NCBI GenBank assembly: GCA_043228905.1
Contig: JBHGNT010000013.1
Location: 13,454,001-13,518,000, forward strand
Source of the DNA: Azolla caroliniana
Taxonomy: Eukaryota > Plantae > Polypodiophyta
Direction of reading: 5' to 3'
Length of the DNA: 64,000 nt
Shown here: positions 1 through 12,742 of the stretch, in pieces
Numbering within the stretch: the stretch's first letter is position 1
How the letters are laid out: each line of letters begins with the position of its first letter
Position numbers and translations under genes: made by a program
Notes under the pieces: generated by a model
The model's database searches: none
What the model saw: the letters and a program-made list of their open reading frames with translations, nothing else
Told to the model about the DNA's origin: nothing

Positions 1-684
1 AGCGAACAGTTGTGGTTCACCATAAATTAAACTGCTCACCCATCCAGAAAGCAACAAGGCAAATGCAAATGAGAGATATACGATATTTTTTTAAGAGATT
101 CTTGAATTACATCAAGCGAAAAACTATACTAGTGTTATTTATTGAAGAAATATCCTACTGTAGATGACTTAGGCAATGGCAGGGGAGAGCGTGAAGAAAG
201 CGAACGCTTCAAAAAATTATGTGCTACAACTATATCAAATATACTCCCACATCAATCAACTGAAATTGGGAAAGTTTTGACAGTTCTAGTGAAATAATCT
301 GGCATTTGCAGCTGATTCATTGTTATTTTGCACTTCTCTACATGAAATGCAACTTGAAGATATCAGTAATCCTTGAAATTTTATAATGATAATAAAACTA
401 TGGCTAAAAGTCCTATTAGTCTGGATATTCCATTAAAGAGAATGAGAATTGAGTATTTACTAATCTTACCTAAGTTAAACTGCAGTATTTTGTAATGCAA
501 ATGAGAATTACGCATTGCTGGAATAAGAGATTCTGCCAAAAAGCCAGAGAAAGGTGCAAACCCTTATGAACATGGGTGCATGACGTGAAAACTTGTGGAT
601 ACCTTGTCAAAGAGGCAAGAGCCGAGGCCTTGAGGTTCTGAGGGTAAACCTTGGCATCATTTGTTGATCTTCCATCACTTACTC

Positions 685-890
685 CTCTCAATCCATGAAA
701 ACCTAGAACTCTTTGAAGTTTTTTTAGCAATTAGAAAATTAAATTTACTCCATAGCAATCAATGATTATATATATAATATTAACATAATAATTCCCATAA
801 CTCTCAATCCATAAAATCCTAGAACTCTTTAAAGTTACTTTAGCAATTAGAAAATTAAATTTACTCCATAGTAATCAATAACTATATATA
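685..890. repeat. Tandem duplication, period ~116 bp, 2 copies
   Basis: ctctcaatccat...ctagaactcttt...tagcaattagaaaattaaatttactccatag occurs at 685 and again at 801. Confidence 0.85.
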
Positions 891-1662
891 AACATACTAA
901 TTGCCGACAACTTTGTGTATAACAAAACAGTAGGTTTCCAGCTATCTAGAGAGATGGTCAAAAACGTCATAGTAAATAAGCAGAGCCCATGCATAAGCTG
1001 CAGAGGTGGGGCAAATCATATTGTATATATTGTGCATGAAATATTCTTTAAGCAAAAACGTTCAGAAGAGTCATTGGACAGCATACTAGGAATATATGCA
1101 AAAGCTTTTTCCTCAATAATGGTACTACTAGTGAAGAGGCCTCATGAGGACATGATTATTCAAGGTTCGGAGACAGGTCCTATGAAGCATTGAATAAAAG
1201 AGCATGCACATTAGTTTACATTTACTATTTGGCATTTCATCACAATCAGTGATTTTGGGCAGCTATTCCTGCATCCACTCTACAGATTTCACCACCACAT
1301 CATTAGTTTCAAATCCAATCACTCCTTCCAAATCATTATACACAATTGACTCCATTGACAAATCATTTTCCAGGTTAAATGAACAAGTTATCTAATAGGT
1401 ACATTCCTATTTCATAGAAAATCAAGACCTATTATGCATCATTGTGGAATTCCAGTAATTAGAAAAAACAGAAGGGATTTGGTGAAGAATACATCTTAGA
1501 CATTTATGAATATTGGTAACCTCCGCATTTGAGAGATCTATAGACATCAAAAGATGCCTAACCCATTTTAAGAGCTCCATTATTAGGCTTCACAACATTT
1601 AAAGGCAGATGAATGTTCAGGCACATCAAGATCTATGCCTTGTGAATTCTCTTTAAAATCTT

Positions 1663-4650
1663 TCAATTGTCTCCCATTACTGATGCTTTACATACAGGGC
1701 ACTGATTCTTTTGTACTAGCCATTGCTTGATGCATGCTAAGTGATGACTATGTCCACATTGCAGCACCCCAAGTTCAACAGTCTCCTCAAATTCTTCCTA
1801 AACAAAGTTTTACTAACAGGGTTAAAAAAGTTGCAGATTGAATAACAAATCATTTAAAACCACGGTTAATTATCTGGTAGTGTATACTTTTTGCCAATAA
1901 CCTAGGTTAGCTATTGATCAAGGATACATTCAACAATCCGTTTGCCAATAGTCAACTGCACAATGGAAGTTGATCAGTTTTATCTACCTGGCATATGGTG
2001 CATTTGATCGCAATATCTTCAGGAGAATAGCTAATGCCGGTATCTGGTGGGACATAGAGAACTGTTTGCACACATTTCATAATCGATTCCTCACTCAAAC
2101 CTGTGTTGACATTTCCTATTCGCTCTTCAAGGGCTAAAAGTTCCTGGTAGTCAAGCCATTCGAGAATACTAAGCCTACATGTTTGCTTTTTAAAGGAAAT
2201 GGTTCTTTGCAGAGATCCTATACCTCATATGACATGTTGTCTATGTCTATCCGCATGTCTCTATGTCTATCATGCAGACGAACTCCACCAAGAAGTATCG
2301 TGGCTTCAAGCATAAGTATTTGCTGTAAATACAGCCATTACAGAAAGTTCATGGTTATTAAGTAATATATGAAATAAAACAGGATGGATGCTAGGATTGC
2401 CCAAATCAATTACCTCATAGGATAGTTCTTCATCCATCTCTATATCCTGCAATGCTGACAAAATCTGTCCCAGAATACCACAAAGAGAAAATGTTATTAA
2501 ACCAGAACATGCAGAAAATATCATTCTATGTGGTTACTTAAGCAGGATTCCACAGCAATTTCAATTTCTATGACTGAGTACCTCTGCAAACAATTCATGG
2601 AAGCAGTCAATTCTATGTAAAAGATAGGTCAAAAAAAGGAATGGAAAACCATCCAATACATAGTGCAATGAAACTACTAAATCAATAGCCCAACTAACGA
2701 CCATCATCCAATCCAAAACAGTGAAAGGAGGATTACCTCAGAGAGACTGTCTGCTGTTAGGAGTTGGTGCACCTCATCATTGGGCATGGAAGACCCAAAA
2801 GCCATGGTCTCTAATCCAGAAGAATCATGTCCATTGGTTTCTTCATTTGGTGATGGTGTAGATCGAAGGACCTGTGGATTGTAGGAATCATGGATGGCAC
2901 GGCGAGGAGGAAGTAAATTGCTAGACTCAGGAAACACTTCAAAAACAGATTGTCGAGATGGCCTTGCTGGAGGAGGAGGCCCTGAGAAAGATGGCCGAGT
3001 ATATTGTAACTCGTGCATTCTGGATGTATTAGAACTAGTTGATGATGAGGTAAGTCCATTTCTGTTTGGATTTCTGATGCCCTCTCTGGATGGATCATGT
3101 TGATTTCCATATATGTTCCTCCTCAAACCCCGCTGGTTTGATAATTGATTTGATAAATTCTCACTAAATGCAGGAATTGGTTCAAGAAAAGCATTGTTGA
3201 ACCTAGGCAAAGATTCAAACCTGTAATCATTCCTGAAGAACCTATCATTATTTCCTCCACTATAGTTTGTTGCCAGTGGCCTGTTAGCTGCAGGTGGAAC
3301 TGGATTTGTATTAATCATATCCATCCTCATATCAACTGAAACCGGATTTCTATGATATCTTGTCTCCATCTGGAGAAAAGGGGCAGATACTCTCACTCCT
3401 AGGGATGGATCAAACTCAGTACCAAGGAAATGCTGCTCTTGAGATTGGTTATTCATCATATTCGGTGTTTGTTCGAAGTTTAAGGATCTGCTATTTTCTG
3501 AATGCCCTTGACCCAAACAGATACCTCTGGATGCTTCCACTTCCTCAGTAAGACCTAACAACCTTGAATCCTTCCTTGGACAGAGATGATCACCTCCACC
3601 AACCACTACACTTGAAGTGGAAGGCACGGCATCCAATGCAGAAGAGCATGCGAGATTATTCAGAGATGAAGCAGATACAGATGGCAAGACATCTGATGCA
3701 GACGTACACATCATGTTACTTAAAGCACGATGGCTCGATCCAGTGACATTACCCTTATTCCTTTGCCTCAAATCAGTTGGTCCGACTCTGTGACTATTGA
3801 ACGAAGTTTTCTTTTTACCTATCTGATCACCAACTGCTGTGGAGTTGGATTGTCCGAGGAATTTCGAATTATTTACGGTGCTGCGGGTTTTTGGAAAGGA
3901 TAGCCTTTTCTCATGAGAGATTAGACTGGTTTCCCCTGGGAAGACCTCACCATTCTGTCGGTATCTTTTATCCAAACTTAAAGGAGCTGTAATATCATCA
4001 ATATGAGGTGCCTTAGACGAAGAGCCTTTGCGTAGGAATTTATGTGACATACTACTGGATGCAGCATCATATGGCATGGATTGATCAGAAATCAAAGCTT
4101 TATTTGCCATACGATGGGACCTTGTTGTTGATGGTGGTGTCGAATGGATTCCCCAATTCAACTTACATGAATCTTTACCTGCTTTATATCTCCTAGAATC
4201 TTTGTCAATAATTCGTCTGTTCATTTCACTGGAAACACATGGTTGCGTCAAAGCATCAGAATTTTGGTTGTTCACATCAGAATTAAGAGTTCCTCCAATA
4301 TCTGCATCATGTTCAGATCCTGATTCATCAGAACTCCCTACTAGATGCAACCTTTCACTAAGTATTGGTGACGAGAAAGAATCTGTATTCCCAGTAGAGG
4401 CATCAGAACAATGTGCACAACTATTCAATGAGCTAGTACTTGCATACTCCTCCTTAGGGCTGATCCAGCGATAGACACAGGAAGGTGTGTTTCCAGAATG
4501 TCGGTGGCATGCAGAACTGAAGTTTGAATTTGTGTTACATTTTATGTTGTCATCACCAATGAGAGCCTTTGATCGAGAATGATTGATTCTCTTTTCATTG
4601 GACGTGTGGCTGCTTAATCTTTGAGGATAATGCATGTTTAGACCACTGAC
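1663..4650 (-). CDS. RING-H2 E3 ubiquitin ligase, CTL/MBR/RHG1A-like, ~770 aa, spliced
   Basis: GT-AG phase-0 exons at 4650-2737 (Ser/Asn-rich, ATG at 4635), 2446-2414 (DIEMDEELSYE), 2322-2224 (..DRHRDMRIDIDNMSYE), 2143-1988 (ELLALEERIGNVNTGLSEE..KCTICQ) and 1797-1663 (EEFEE..LQCGHSHHLACIKQWLVQKNQCPVCK..stop). It has the YEELL motif and a C3H2C3 RING. The true start codon and 5' UTR exons are uncertain. Confidence 0.93.
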
Positions 4651-5409
4651 CTATCAATAAAAAATAACTTTGTGATGATATTCCTACCCTTGAGAGTGTA
4701 TCTGATGAAGAAACAATGACGAGCTATCTGTGCATATGCAAAAGTTTGTTATTTGAGAAAGAATTAAGCATGTGAGATCAAGTGAATCAATTTAAACATG
4801 TGCTTACATAGAAAATGGTCACAATCAATTTAGAGAAAATCAGGCAAACTAAATATATAAGTACCTGTAACCTGACACTCTAGTTACGAGAATGAAAAGG
4901 TACATAATGAAATCAATCAAATAGCATACAGAACCATATGGTGATGATAGTTTCAACCAAGAGAATGTCCGTTGCAGATATCATGTGCATATGATTCCAC
5001 AGTTTGATCTTTGGAAACCTTGTTCAGACTATCTCGGGAAAATAAGGAATGATATAAAGGAATCGGCAGACAATGAGGCAGACAATGAGACGAAGAAGAA
5101 CATCTGATCTTTGCAGGAGAAGAAAACACAGAAACAGTAAATGTTGTAGATAAGAAAATCTGACCTGTGTAAGACTGAAGAAATCACAGAAACAGTGCGG
5201 ATATTATCAATGACGAAATGGCTGATCGTCTTATATGATGTGAAGATCACTCCATGATTTGATCTTCAGAAGTCCTGTAAACAGAAGCAATATGGCAATT
5301 CAGGTTCCGAACCTCTCCAGTATAGAAGGAATGGCCGTTCGAATAAATCAGTAAGCAAATATGGACAAGAGGATATTCCAATCGATGTAAGAGGGAAGAA
5401 AAGCTCGGG

Positions 5410-5412
<3 letters not shown>

Positions 5413-5442
<30 letters not shown>
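5413..5442. repeat. (GA)n microsatellite upstream of the E3 ligase CDS
   Basis: Perfect dinucleotide run. Confidence 0.95.
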
Positions 5443-5446
<4 letters not shown>

Positions 5447-5625
5447 AGTGAAAGGAGTTACTGTGAAAACAGAGAATACAAAGGAGAAAAGAATAGGAGG
5501 TGTGGCTCTGATTTTGGAAATGACGAGTCAAACGGAAGAGAAAGGAGGAAAATGACCTTTGAATTGTTCCAGGTCAACCATCTGACAGATCAGATCGACG
5601 GCCTAAGAGAACTTCTGATAAGATA

Positions 5626-6234
5626 CGAAAGCTTCATCACACCGTAGCCACAGGCTGTCGTTGAAAGCTAGGTCAACGAGCTCACAGATAGATTGCTTAA
5701 TAGTTCCGCTGATACAAGAAGAAGCTTCAAAACTCCGTATCTGCCGCCGCTATTAGCGGTTACTATCTTTCTGCAGGTATCTTGCTTTTTTATGATGCAG
5801 ATGAAGATCGTCTTCTCAGCAGGTCATCACATGGAATAAGCTTCAAAGTAACCATATTCTACAAAGTTCACCGAGGCTAAGGCTCTTTCTTCAAGTTCGA
5901 TGTTTGTTTCTGCTGAACGACAAGACCGTCTCATCAGCAGGTCAAGACATGTAAGAAGCTTGAAGCTGCCATAGCCGAAATTTGAATAGCCGACTTTCAA
6001 AGTTGTTGTGGCAACGAGCTTTCTAGCAAGTATAACATTATATTTCTGACGGCATAGTAGGGCGTCTTCAAACGGTTCTCACGTTCGTGGAAGAAGCTTC
6101 AAAAACTCCATAGCCAGATGTAGAGCAGCAACACTATTGTGATCAGCGCTATGATCTTTCGGCAACTACAATGATGATGCTGTTGGAGAAGGACAACGAC
6201 TCAAGAAGCAAAAGAAGCTTCAAAACGCCATAGC
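5626..6234 (-). promoter_or_regulatory. Array of six ~23-nt related sites (plus-strand consensus AAGAAGCTTCAAAACTCCATAGC) upstream of, or in the 5' leader of, the E3 ligase
   Basis: Copies at 5626-5648, 5719-5741, 5835-5858, 5953-5975, 6091-6114 and 6212-6234, separated by largely unrelated spacers. The repeat is directly visible, but its function is inferred. Confidence 0.6.
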
Positions 6235-6563
6235 TAGAAGCAGTCGAGCAGCAGACTGGTGGGGTTAAGGTTATGAATACATATGAAATATACCTGCAAA
6301 ACGTGGAACTTTCTTTTAGTTTCTGCAGGTGGAGAAGAAGAAGAAGATGGATGGATGGATGGATGGATGAATGGTTTCTCAGCAGGTCATGACGGCGCAC
6401 ATACAGTACTAATGAAGGAGAAGGTCCTGCTGTTAAGTAAAGAGCGCTATCTGATCTATACAGATTCTGACGGCTCTTTCTCTTTCTCTTTCTTTCTCTT
6501 TCTGCTGTGGCTGTGCAAAAGGCGTCTGTCTGCTGTTACGCTTTAGGTTTAGGAATGGGAGAC

Positions 6564-6745
6564 TAGCAATCTGCAACAGCTCGATTCGGTTCGGTTCGGT
6601 TTGAGATGATCAAAACCGAACCGGTTTGGAACCGAACCGTTTAAAATTTTTTAAAAAAACCTGACCTGCGAAACCGTTAAACCGAACCGAACCACGAAAC
6701 CGTTAAACCATAAAACTGTTAAAACCATGGTTTCGGTTTTCAACT
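6564..6745. mobile_element. hAT-type end with clustered AACCG/CGGTT subterminal repeats
   Basis: It begins TAGCAAT, like the TIR of the MITE at 23527, and is followed by many aaccg/cggtt motifs. No matching right end or TSD was found. Confidence 0.5.
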
Positions 6746-7779
6746 TAGGTCAAATTTTAATTTTTAAAATTCAAAATATTTCATCACCAAGACTTCTTTG
6801 GGATTTTCCACATGCCATCTCAATGCCATAGTTCTTGTGATAGAGTGGACATGTCCCACATGCCGTTATGCACAAGATCTATTATGACAATGAGCAAACA
6901 TATACTTGCATCCTCGTCTATTTGGTTTTTTAGAACAACAATTTTTATGGCAACGAAATGAGTTAGTTAACCCATCGGATAACGCCATAAAGAGCCAGTT
7001 AATTGCTTGCATACTCAATGTTACCACTCTTTAGGTTTTCACCGAAAACTTTGACATCCACCTTAATGAGATATAGGCTAAAGGTATGATGCATATTATA
7101 ATCTATTGGAAATTTGGAAGTATAGACAATGTAAGTGAAAACAATGTTTGTCTTTAGCAATACCTCCAATATTTATTATAGGAAGCAACATGTTGCTACT
7201 TCCCCTATGTTCGAGATCATTGTGCTAGACACATGTCACATTTGGTTTTAACTTAACAAGTTGTATTCAAAAAGCTAAACAAGTTTGTTGTCACTTCTCT
7301 TGTCGACTTTTCTCTTCTAATTTGTGATGTGGCATATCTTTATCCTTTTACATATAAAGTTGCATAGCCTTGGACGAGGTATGGGATACTTTCTCGTTTT
7401 GGGTTATGACTGCAAAACACATTGCACAAGAACGATGTCGTGTGTTTTGTGAGGTATTCATAGGCGTAAATAAGAATCGTATTATTGTTGAACAAAGAAT
7501 TCAAACTCTTCGTACCCTTGTTGTATGCTCATTTGAAATCATCTACACTTTCAATTTATACCAATTGGACAAAGTTGTACTTTCTAAATCCCTCAAAATG
7601 TGTGCTATTGGAAACAAAACATACGTCTAGTGTGTTGGTTTGCAATCATAGCTTTTGGCTTTTATGATGTACATATACATATACGTTATGCATGATCTTG
7701 ATTGTAAGATTGCAACACTCGCTAGCTAGAACCACATATGCTTTTAGAATGTGTTTGGTTAATGTCAACCACGAGAGTA

Positions 7780-8720
7780 GAGCCTATGTTTCCCCAAATA
7801 AGATAAATGTGGATGGATCCAATTAATAATGTTGTGATTATCATTAAATGGCATTCATTACGTTCCATTTTTTATGTGGGATAGAGTTCCTTCACTAGCA
7901 CTTGTGCTTTTAGCAAGTTCTCCACGAACTCCTTTTTTATGTGTATTGTCTTTTCTACATATTTTACTATTTGATTGATGTGCAACAACTGGCCGTGTAT
8001 ATAAAATATAGGTCAGCCATAGTGAGGTTTCATCAATACAAAACCATGGTTACAAACTTTTTAAGATTCTCGATATAGTTGCAATAACACATTGTCTCCA
8101 TTTTTTTTCATACTTTTATATAGTGTATGATGGAATGGATTAATGATCTTTGCCAAAGATATTTGATTGCATTTCAAAATAGTATACCTTTGCCACTTTG
8201 ATGTCATTAGTGTTGTGTTGCATCATACAAATGTTGTAAAGGGGTCTATTTATCATGACCATAAGGGGCAATATATCTAATGAATAAGCGCGAAGTTTTG
8301 TGACAACCCTTGTGTCACATGCTTTATTTAGAAAAGTCTTTAAAGAATTAGAATACTGCACTACCACAAACCATTACTTCTAGGTTATGTGTTACTCAAA
8401 TGAAGTAAATAGGACTCTCTCTCATTGATTGAAGGTTTAAGTAGTCATATTTAAGTTTAATTATGTATGTGCGCCCACAAAGTGACATGCACTCATATGC
8501 TAACACAAATAAAGGACATGTAGCAATAATACACACTTCAAAGCAAGGCTTATGCATCACAAATTCAACTATCAATAATGCAAGCATGTAAGATATGAAT
8601 GGATACACTAGAAAAGCTAGTTGTTTTGCACAAAGCATTATGATATGTTAACATTTTTTTTTGTATGCAATGATGTTTATGTTAGTCTCATAAACAATAA
8701 ATGTTGATCACTTCAAGATT
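7780..8720 (+). mobile_element. Highly degenerate DNA-transposase-like relic, possibly Sola-like
   Basis: Broken motifs occur in the expected order: FSK-ST (7909), DGMD* (8129), IQL..NNA (~8560) and FMLVS*TINVD (8676). There are many stops. Confidence 0.3.
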
Positions 8721-10094
8721 AAATTAGTGTTCGATTTTTTATACTTGAAAGTTGATACACACGGCACGAGTACTTATTTTATTAGGAAAGAAGCGCCTAC
8801 ATTTCAAAACTATATTATTGATACCATTCACATGTATTCCCCTTTTCTAAAAAGTGAGTGCTAGGAGGCTACACAATGGAAGTGTATGATTTTTCGCTAA
8901 CAATCATTGTTTATTATCGATATTGAGCCGTCTACCATGTTTTATGGAATAAGGTGTCACTATTCGAAGCATATAATAAGCGCTAAATGATTTCAGAGAC
9001 TATATATCATAAAAAAGTAAGTTAAAAGTAAATGCTTCCAGAAGCCATAGGGAGATGATGTTCTCGTGTGATATTTACATACCATACATGTATGGGACAT
9101 CCTATCTAGAAAAGAAAGCATATGTTTTATGACGAGCACATATTTCGGTGATGCATGAGGTTGGAGGGGAGGTATATGATATGATAATGATGTTTGGAGT
9201 TGTCTTAAGGCGACTTTGAAACATCGACTACCTACATGGTAAAAGAATGTAACCTAAACAATCAACATTTGGCAAGCGAGAGAAATAACTTTGCATGCAT
9301 ACATATGGGCTCTAGTCCTGCATAAATAATCCAATGATCCCCTGTTTTTGTAGATGTTAAGAAATCCAAGGAAAACATTTGGATTGCAATTAAGTTACAA
9401 CACACATATATCTTACAAGGGACGAACCATGTAACTCTTGCTTGACCTTTATAACATATATAATAGGTTGAGGGAAGGCATTGCTCCCCTAACGACATCC
9501 ACATGTGTGTGTGTGTGTGTGTGTGTTGTCCTCACTAAATAAAACAATACACACCCATGCACATCAGTATTTTATTTCGTAAAATACATAACATGTTTCC
9601 TATCATTGGCCTTTTTTTTTATCATTTTACAAATCTTTATTGACGAAATCAATCACCAATATTAATTGATATTTACATCAAATTACTAAATACTACAAAA
9701 TCAATCGATCAAAATTTTCTATGGATGGAATCAATCAACGAAAAGATTAATTAACATTAAGATAATATTCATAGATATTGATATTAGTAGCAGTTGAGTC
9801 TATGATAGTCACTTAGACTATCACTTAGAGCAGTTAAGATAATATTCATAGGTAGTCTAAGTGCTCTTATGTGGTTAAAGGTTGCACTTAAGTTTTAGAT
9901 AACATGACACTAGTTAAAATAGAAGATATGTAGCACTTCAAAGTTCATATAGCGCAAGCATTCAAGTGGTGATTGATGGGGTCTCATTGGGCTCAAGTAT
10001 CACCTTGATAAATCCAAACTCAACCATCTTTAGTGAACCCCCATTTTCTTGCATCTAATAAGAGGCTACCACATGAAAACATCAATCTTATTGA

Positions 10095-10315
10095 ATTGGT
10101 AATGTCGGTTCCTTTGTCTTTCCGAAAATGCCGACAGTTCTTCTGGAAGTGCCCCAATTTGCCGCAATAGAAGCAAGTGGGCCTCCCCCTTGACTTTGAC
10201 TGTGTCCCCGACTTTTCTTGGTTCTGGGGACTCCAATTCCTTTGTCTTCCGTGTTCCGATACGGTAAGGAGGGCTTTGGCATCGGAGATCACCTCCTTGT
10301 CTCTCCAAGACAATA
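10095..10315 (-). mobile_element. Copia gag fragment with zinc knuckle
   Basis: Translation QSKSRGRPTCFYCGKLGHFQKNCRHF contains CX2CX4HX4C. No flanking pol or LTR. Confidence 0.75.
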
Positions 10316-10869
10316 ATGAACATTGACACTGCCTTACTGGTAAAAAACTTCAATAGAAATCACAACAATGGAATGTTTACATATTTAAACAGGTAAGAAA
10401 TATACCACTTCAAACATCAAGAATACATTCTCACCCTTAAAGAGGGTGAGGAAATGTCAGGCATTACATCAATAGTAGCAAACATATTGACTACAATAAC
10501 CGCTAACAAGGTTGTTCTAAAACTAAATTGCTTGAAGATGGCAATTCCAAGATATTATATTACCTCTTTCTCACTTGATCTTTCCAAGTGGAACTCCTTA
10601 ACGATAATGGCCTTTCCACCAAGTTACATCTCATGACACCACCACCAAGTTCTATCTATATATGAGACAAATGAATGTTTAAAAATGTTCATAACTATTT
10701 ACGCACAAGCTTTTGCATCTACAAATCAAGAGATATAAATCAACCTTTTATCAAGGCATCATATTGCAGACAGTGAGAGATAGAACATCTACATTAATAA
10801 TCACTTAAATTCTTTATATTACAGAAATTCTTTTACATTTAACATACAATTGATAGTAGCATAAATTGA

Positions 10870-11604
10870 TCCATGCGTAATATTCGTGGTATTCTACATC
10901 CGCAATATTCACTATATTCGAGAATATAAAACGGCCCCAAGAATATTATAAAACCATTCGTTTAGATGTATACATACATACATACATACATATATGATAT
11001 ATACATATATGTGTATACAAACATATCACTCATATATGTATATACACAAATACATCAATAATTAATTAACTCACTAATATAATAATTAATTAGTTCACTA
11101 ATACATTAATTAATTTACTAATACATATCTTAATATATTCAAAAATATTAGTTATTAAGTTAATTAATTAATAATCAATTAATTAGGGCTTCTACTAAAC
11201 TTAGGGTTTCAGTGAGAGCCTAAGTTGAGGACGTAGGGTTTCAGTGAGAACAGGATGTAGGATTAGAATAGAGCATGAGAGGGAGTTGAGGACGCGGGCT
11301 CAAAAGAAAGTACTACTGTCTAAATTAGGTTTATGACAGAAATTAGGGTTTTCAGCCGAAACCCTAATTTTCTGGTCGAGAACAAGATGCAAAGGGAAGC
11401 GAGGGCGGACAGGGAGTAGGGTGAGGCTTCCTCGCTCGTTGCTCGTTGTTTGTTCACTCGCTCAGACGAAGAAAAACTGTTTTTTATTTTTTATTTAAAA
11501 AATTCAAAAAAAAAAAGAAAATGAATATATTTATATGTATTCGTATTCCTATTCGTATGGATTCGTGGGGTAGGCCCCACGAATGCGAATATTTCAATCT
11601 ATGG
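10870..11604. mobile_element. Non-autonomous DNA element (MITE-like) with AATATTCG-type ends and a terminal hairpin
   Basis: The left end (tccatgcgtaatattcg) and right end (cgaatatttcaatctatgga) are loosely inverted. A hairpin ttcgtgggg-tagg-ccccacgaa lies at ~11563-11584 and there are internal tagggttt motifs. No clear TSD. Confidence 0.45.
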
Positions 11605-12019
11605 ATGGTAGTAATGCTTCTTAGTATTGGCACAAACATGGAGACGAACATAAGATCAATGACTTCTTTTTTGGGTAAAAACAAACCTTTTGATCAAAAC
11701 TGAAAGAGCCCTTTGTATGCATTCACCACCAAGAAGTGTTGTTTCAGGCCGAAACAATTTTTTGCTTTTAACAATGCAAAAAACATAAACAAAAAAGAAT
11801 ATTTTGGGAAAACTAAATATATACGTTTAATATCTATACACATACATATATTTCACTAGCAAAGTAATTGTCTTTTCAACAAAAATTACTAGGAGTAAAA
11901 CTGTCAAATCAATGCATTCTCATAATATGTTTTTATGTTGTACCATGTAGTTATATATAAACATTAGAACTCACTAGTATTCTTCAAAATCTTTCTTGTA
12001 AAAATCAATAAACATTATC

Positions 12020-12705
12020 CCTTATCGGAAAATGACAAAAGTTGCTCCAAGTTTACAACTTGTATCCCATAACATGCAAAATCTACATTTGTTCAACGAG
12101 TTAACATGAGGTGCAACCAAAACTTTACCAATTTGAGACATCAATCCTGGTAGTAAATCCCAAAAGAATGAGTTGCTACAATCAACGGTCACCCAAATTG
12201 GACATTGTATTTTACTAAATGTTTATAATCCAGCATTGGAACCCATTCCATCACATTCACTAATCTTCTATAAAAAAAGATTGGTACCTTTGCCATCAAA
12301 GCCATACGGTGTTCTGATGATCGAAAAACTACATTATAGAAACCTCTTGGAACCACATACATATCCTCAACACAATTAAGCATTATGAATGAATTCAACC
12401 ACTGCTTAATCCATGATACCAAAGGAAGTTTGTTAGTGAAATACAAAATAACACCACGATCACAGAACCTGTCAAAAGTTGCTAACATAGAGTTGGTCTC
12501 CATCACCACCTCTACAACATCCTCCTCCACACAATCTTTAGCATCTTTCTCAATTTTTTCCATAAAATCAGAAAGCAAAGCCTTAACAAAATCACGACGA
12601 CTGTCAATATCATAATCATCTCCAATAACATCTTTCCCACCAAGAATAACATCATATGATATTTTCTCATGTTCTGTAGAATCAATACACTTTTGCCTCT
12701 CCCAC
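12020..12705 (-). mobile_element. L1-type LINE ORF1 (DUF4283-like) fragment
   Basis: ORF 12189-12743 reads RGFYNVVFRSSEHRMALMAKVPIFFYRRLVNVMEWVP, followed after a frameshift by CPIWV. This is the GF..V.F...P.....W.P...PVWV pattern of plant L1 ORF1. Confidence 0.65.
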
Positions 12706-12742
12706 CAATTTTTTGCTTTTAACAATGGCAAAAACATAAACA

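Noticed and set aside
5961-5971. TGAAGCTGCCA matches the first 11 nt of miR167
   Set aside because: The match stops at 11 nt, no fold-back partner is visible, and it is just a variant of the 23-nt site.
5626-6234. CRISPR-like repeat-spacer array or polycistronic MIRNA/snoRNA cluster
   Set aside because: The context is eukaryotic, the repeats are degenerate, the spacers are long and variable, and there are no cas genes. There are no per-unit hairpins or regularly placed C/D boxes.
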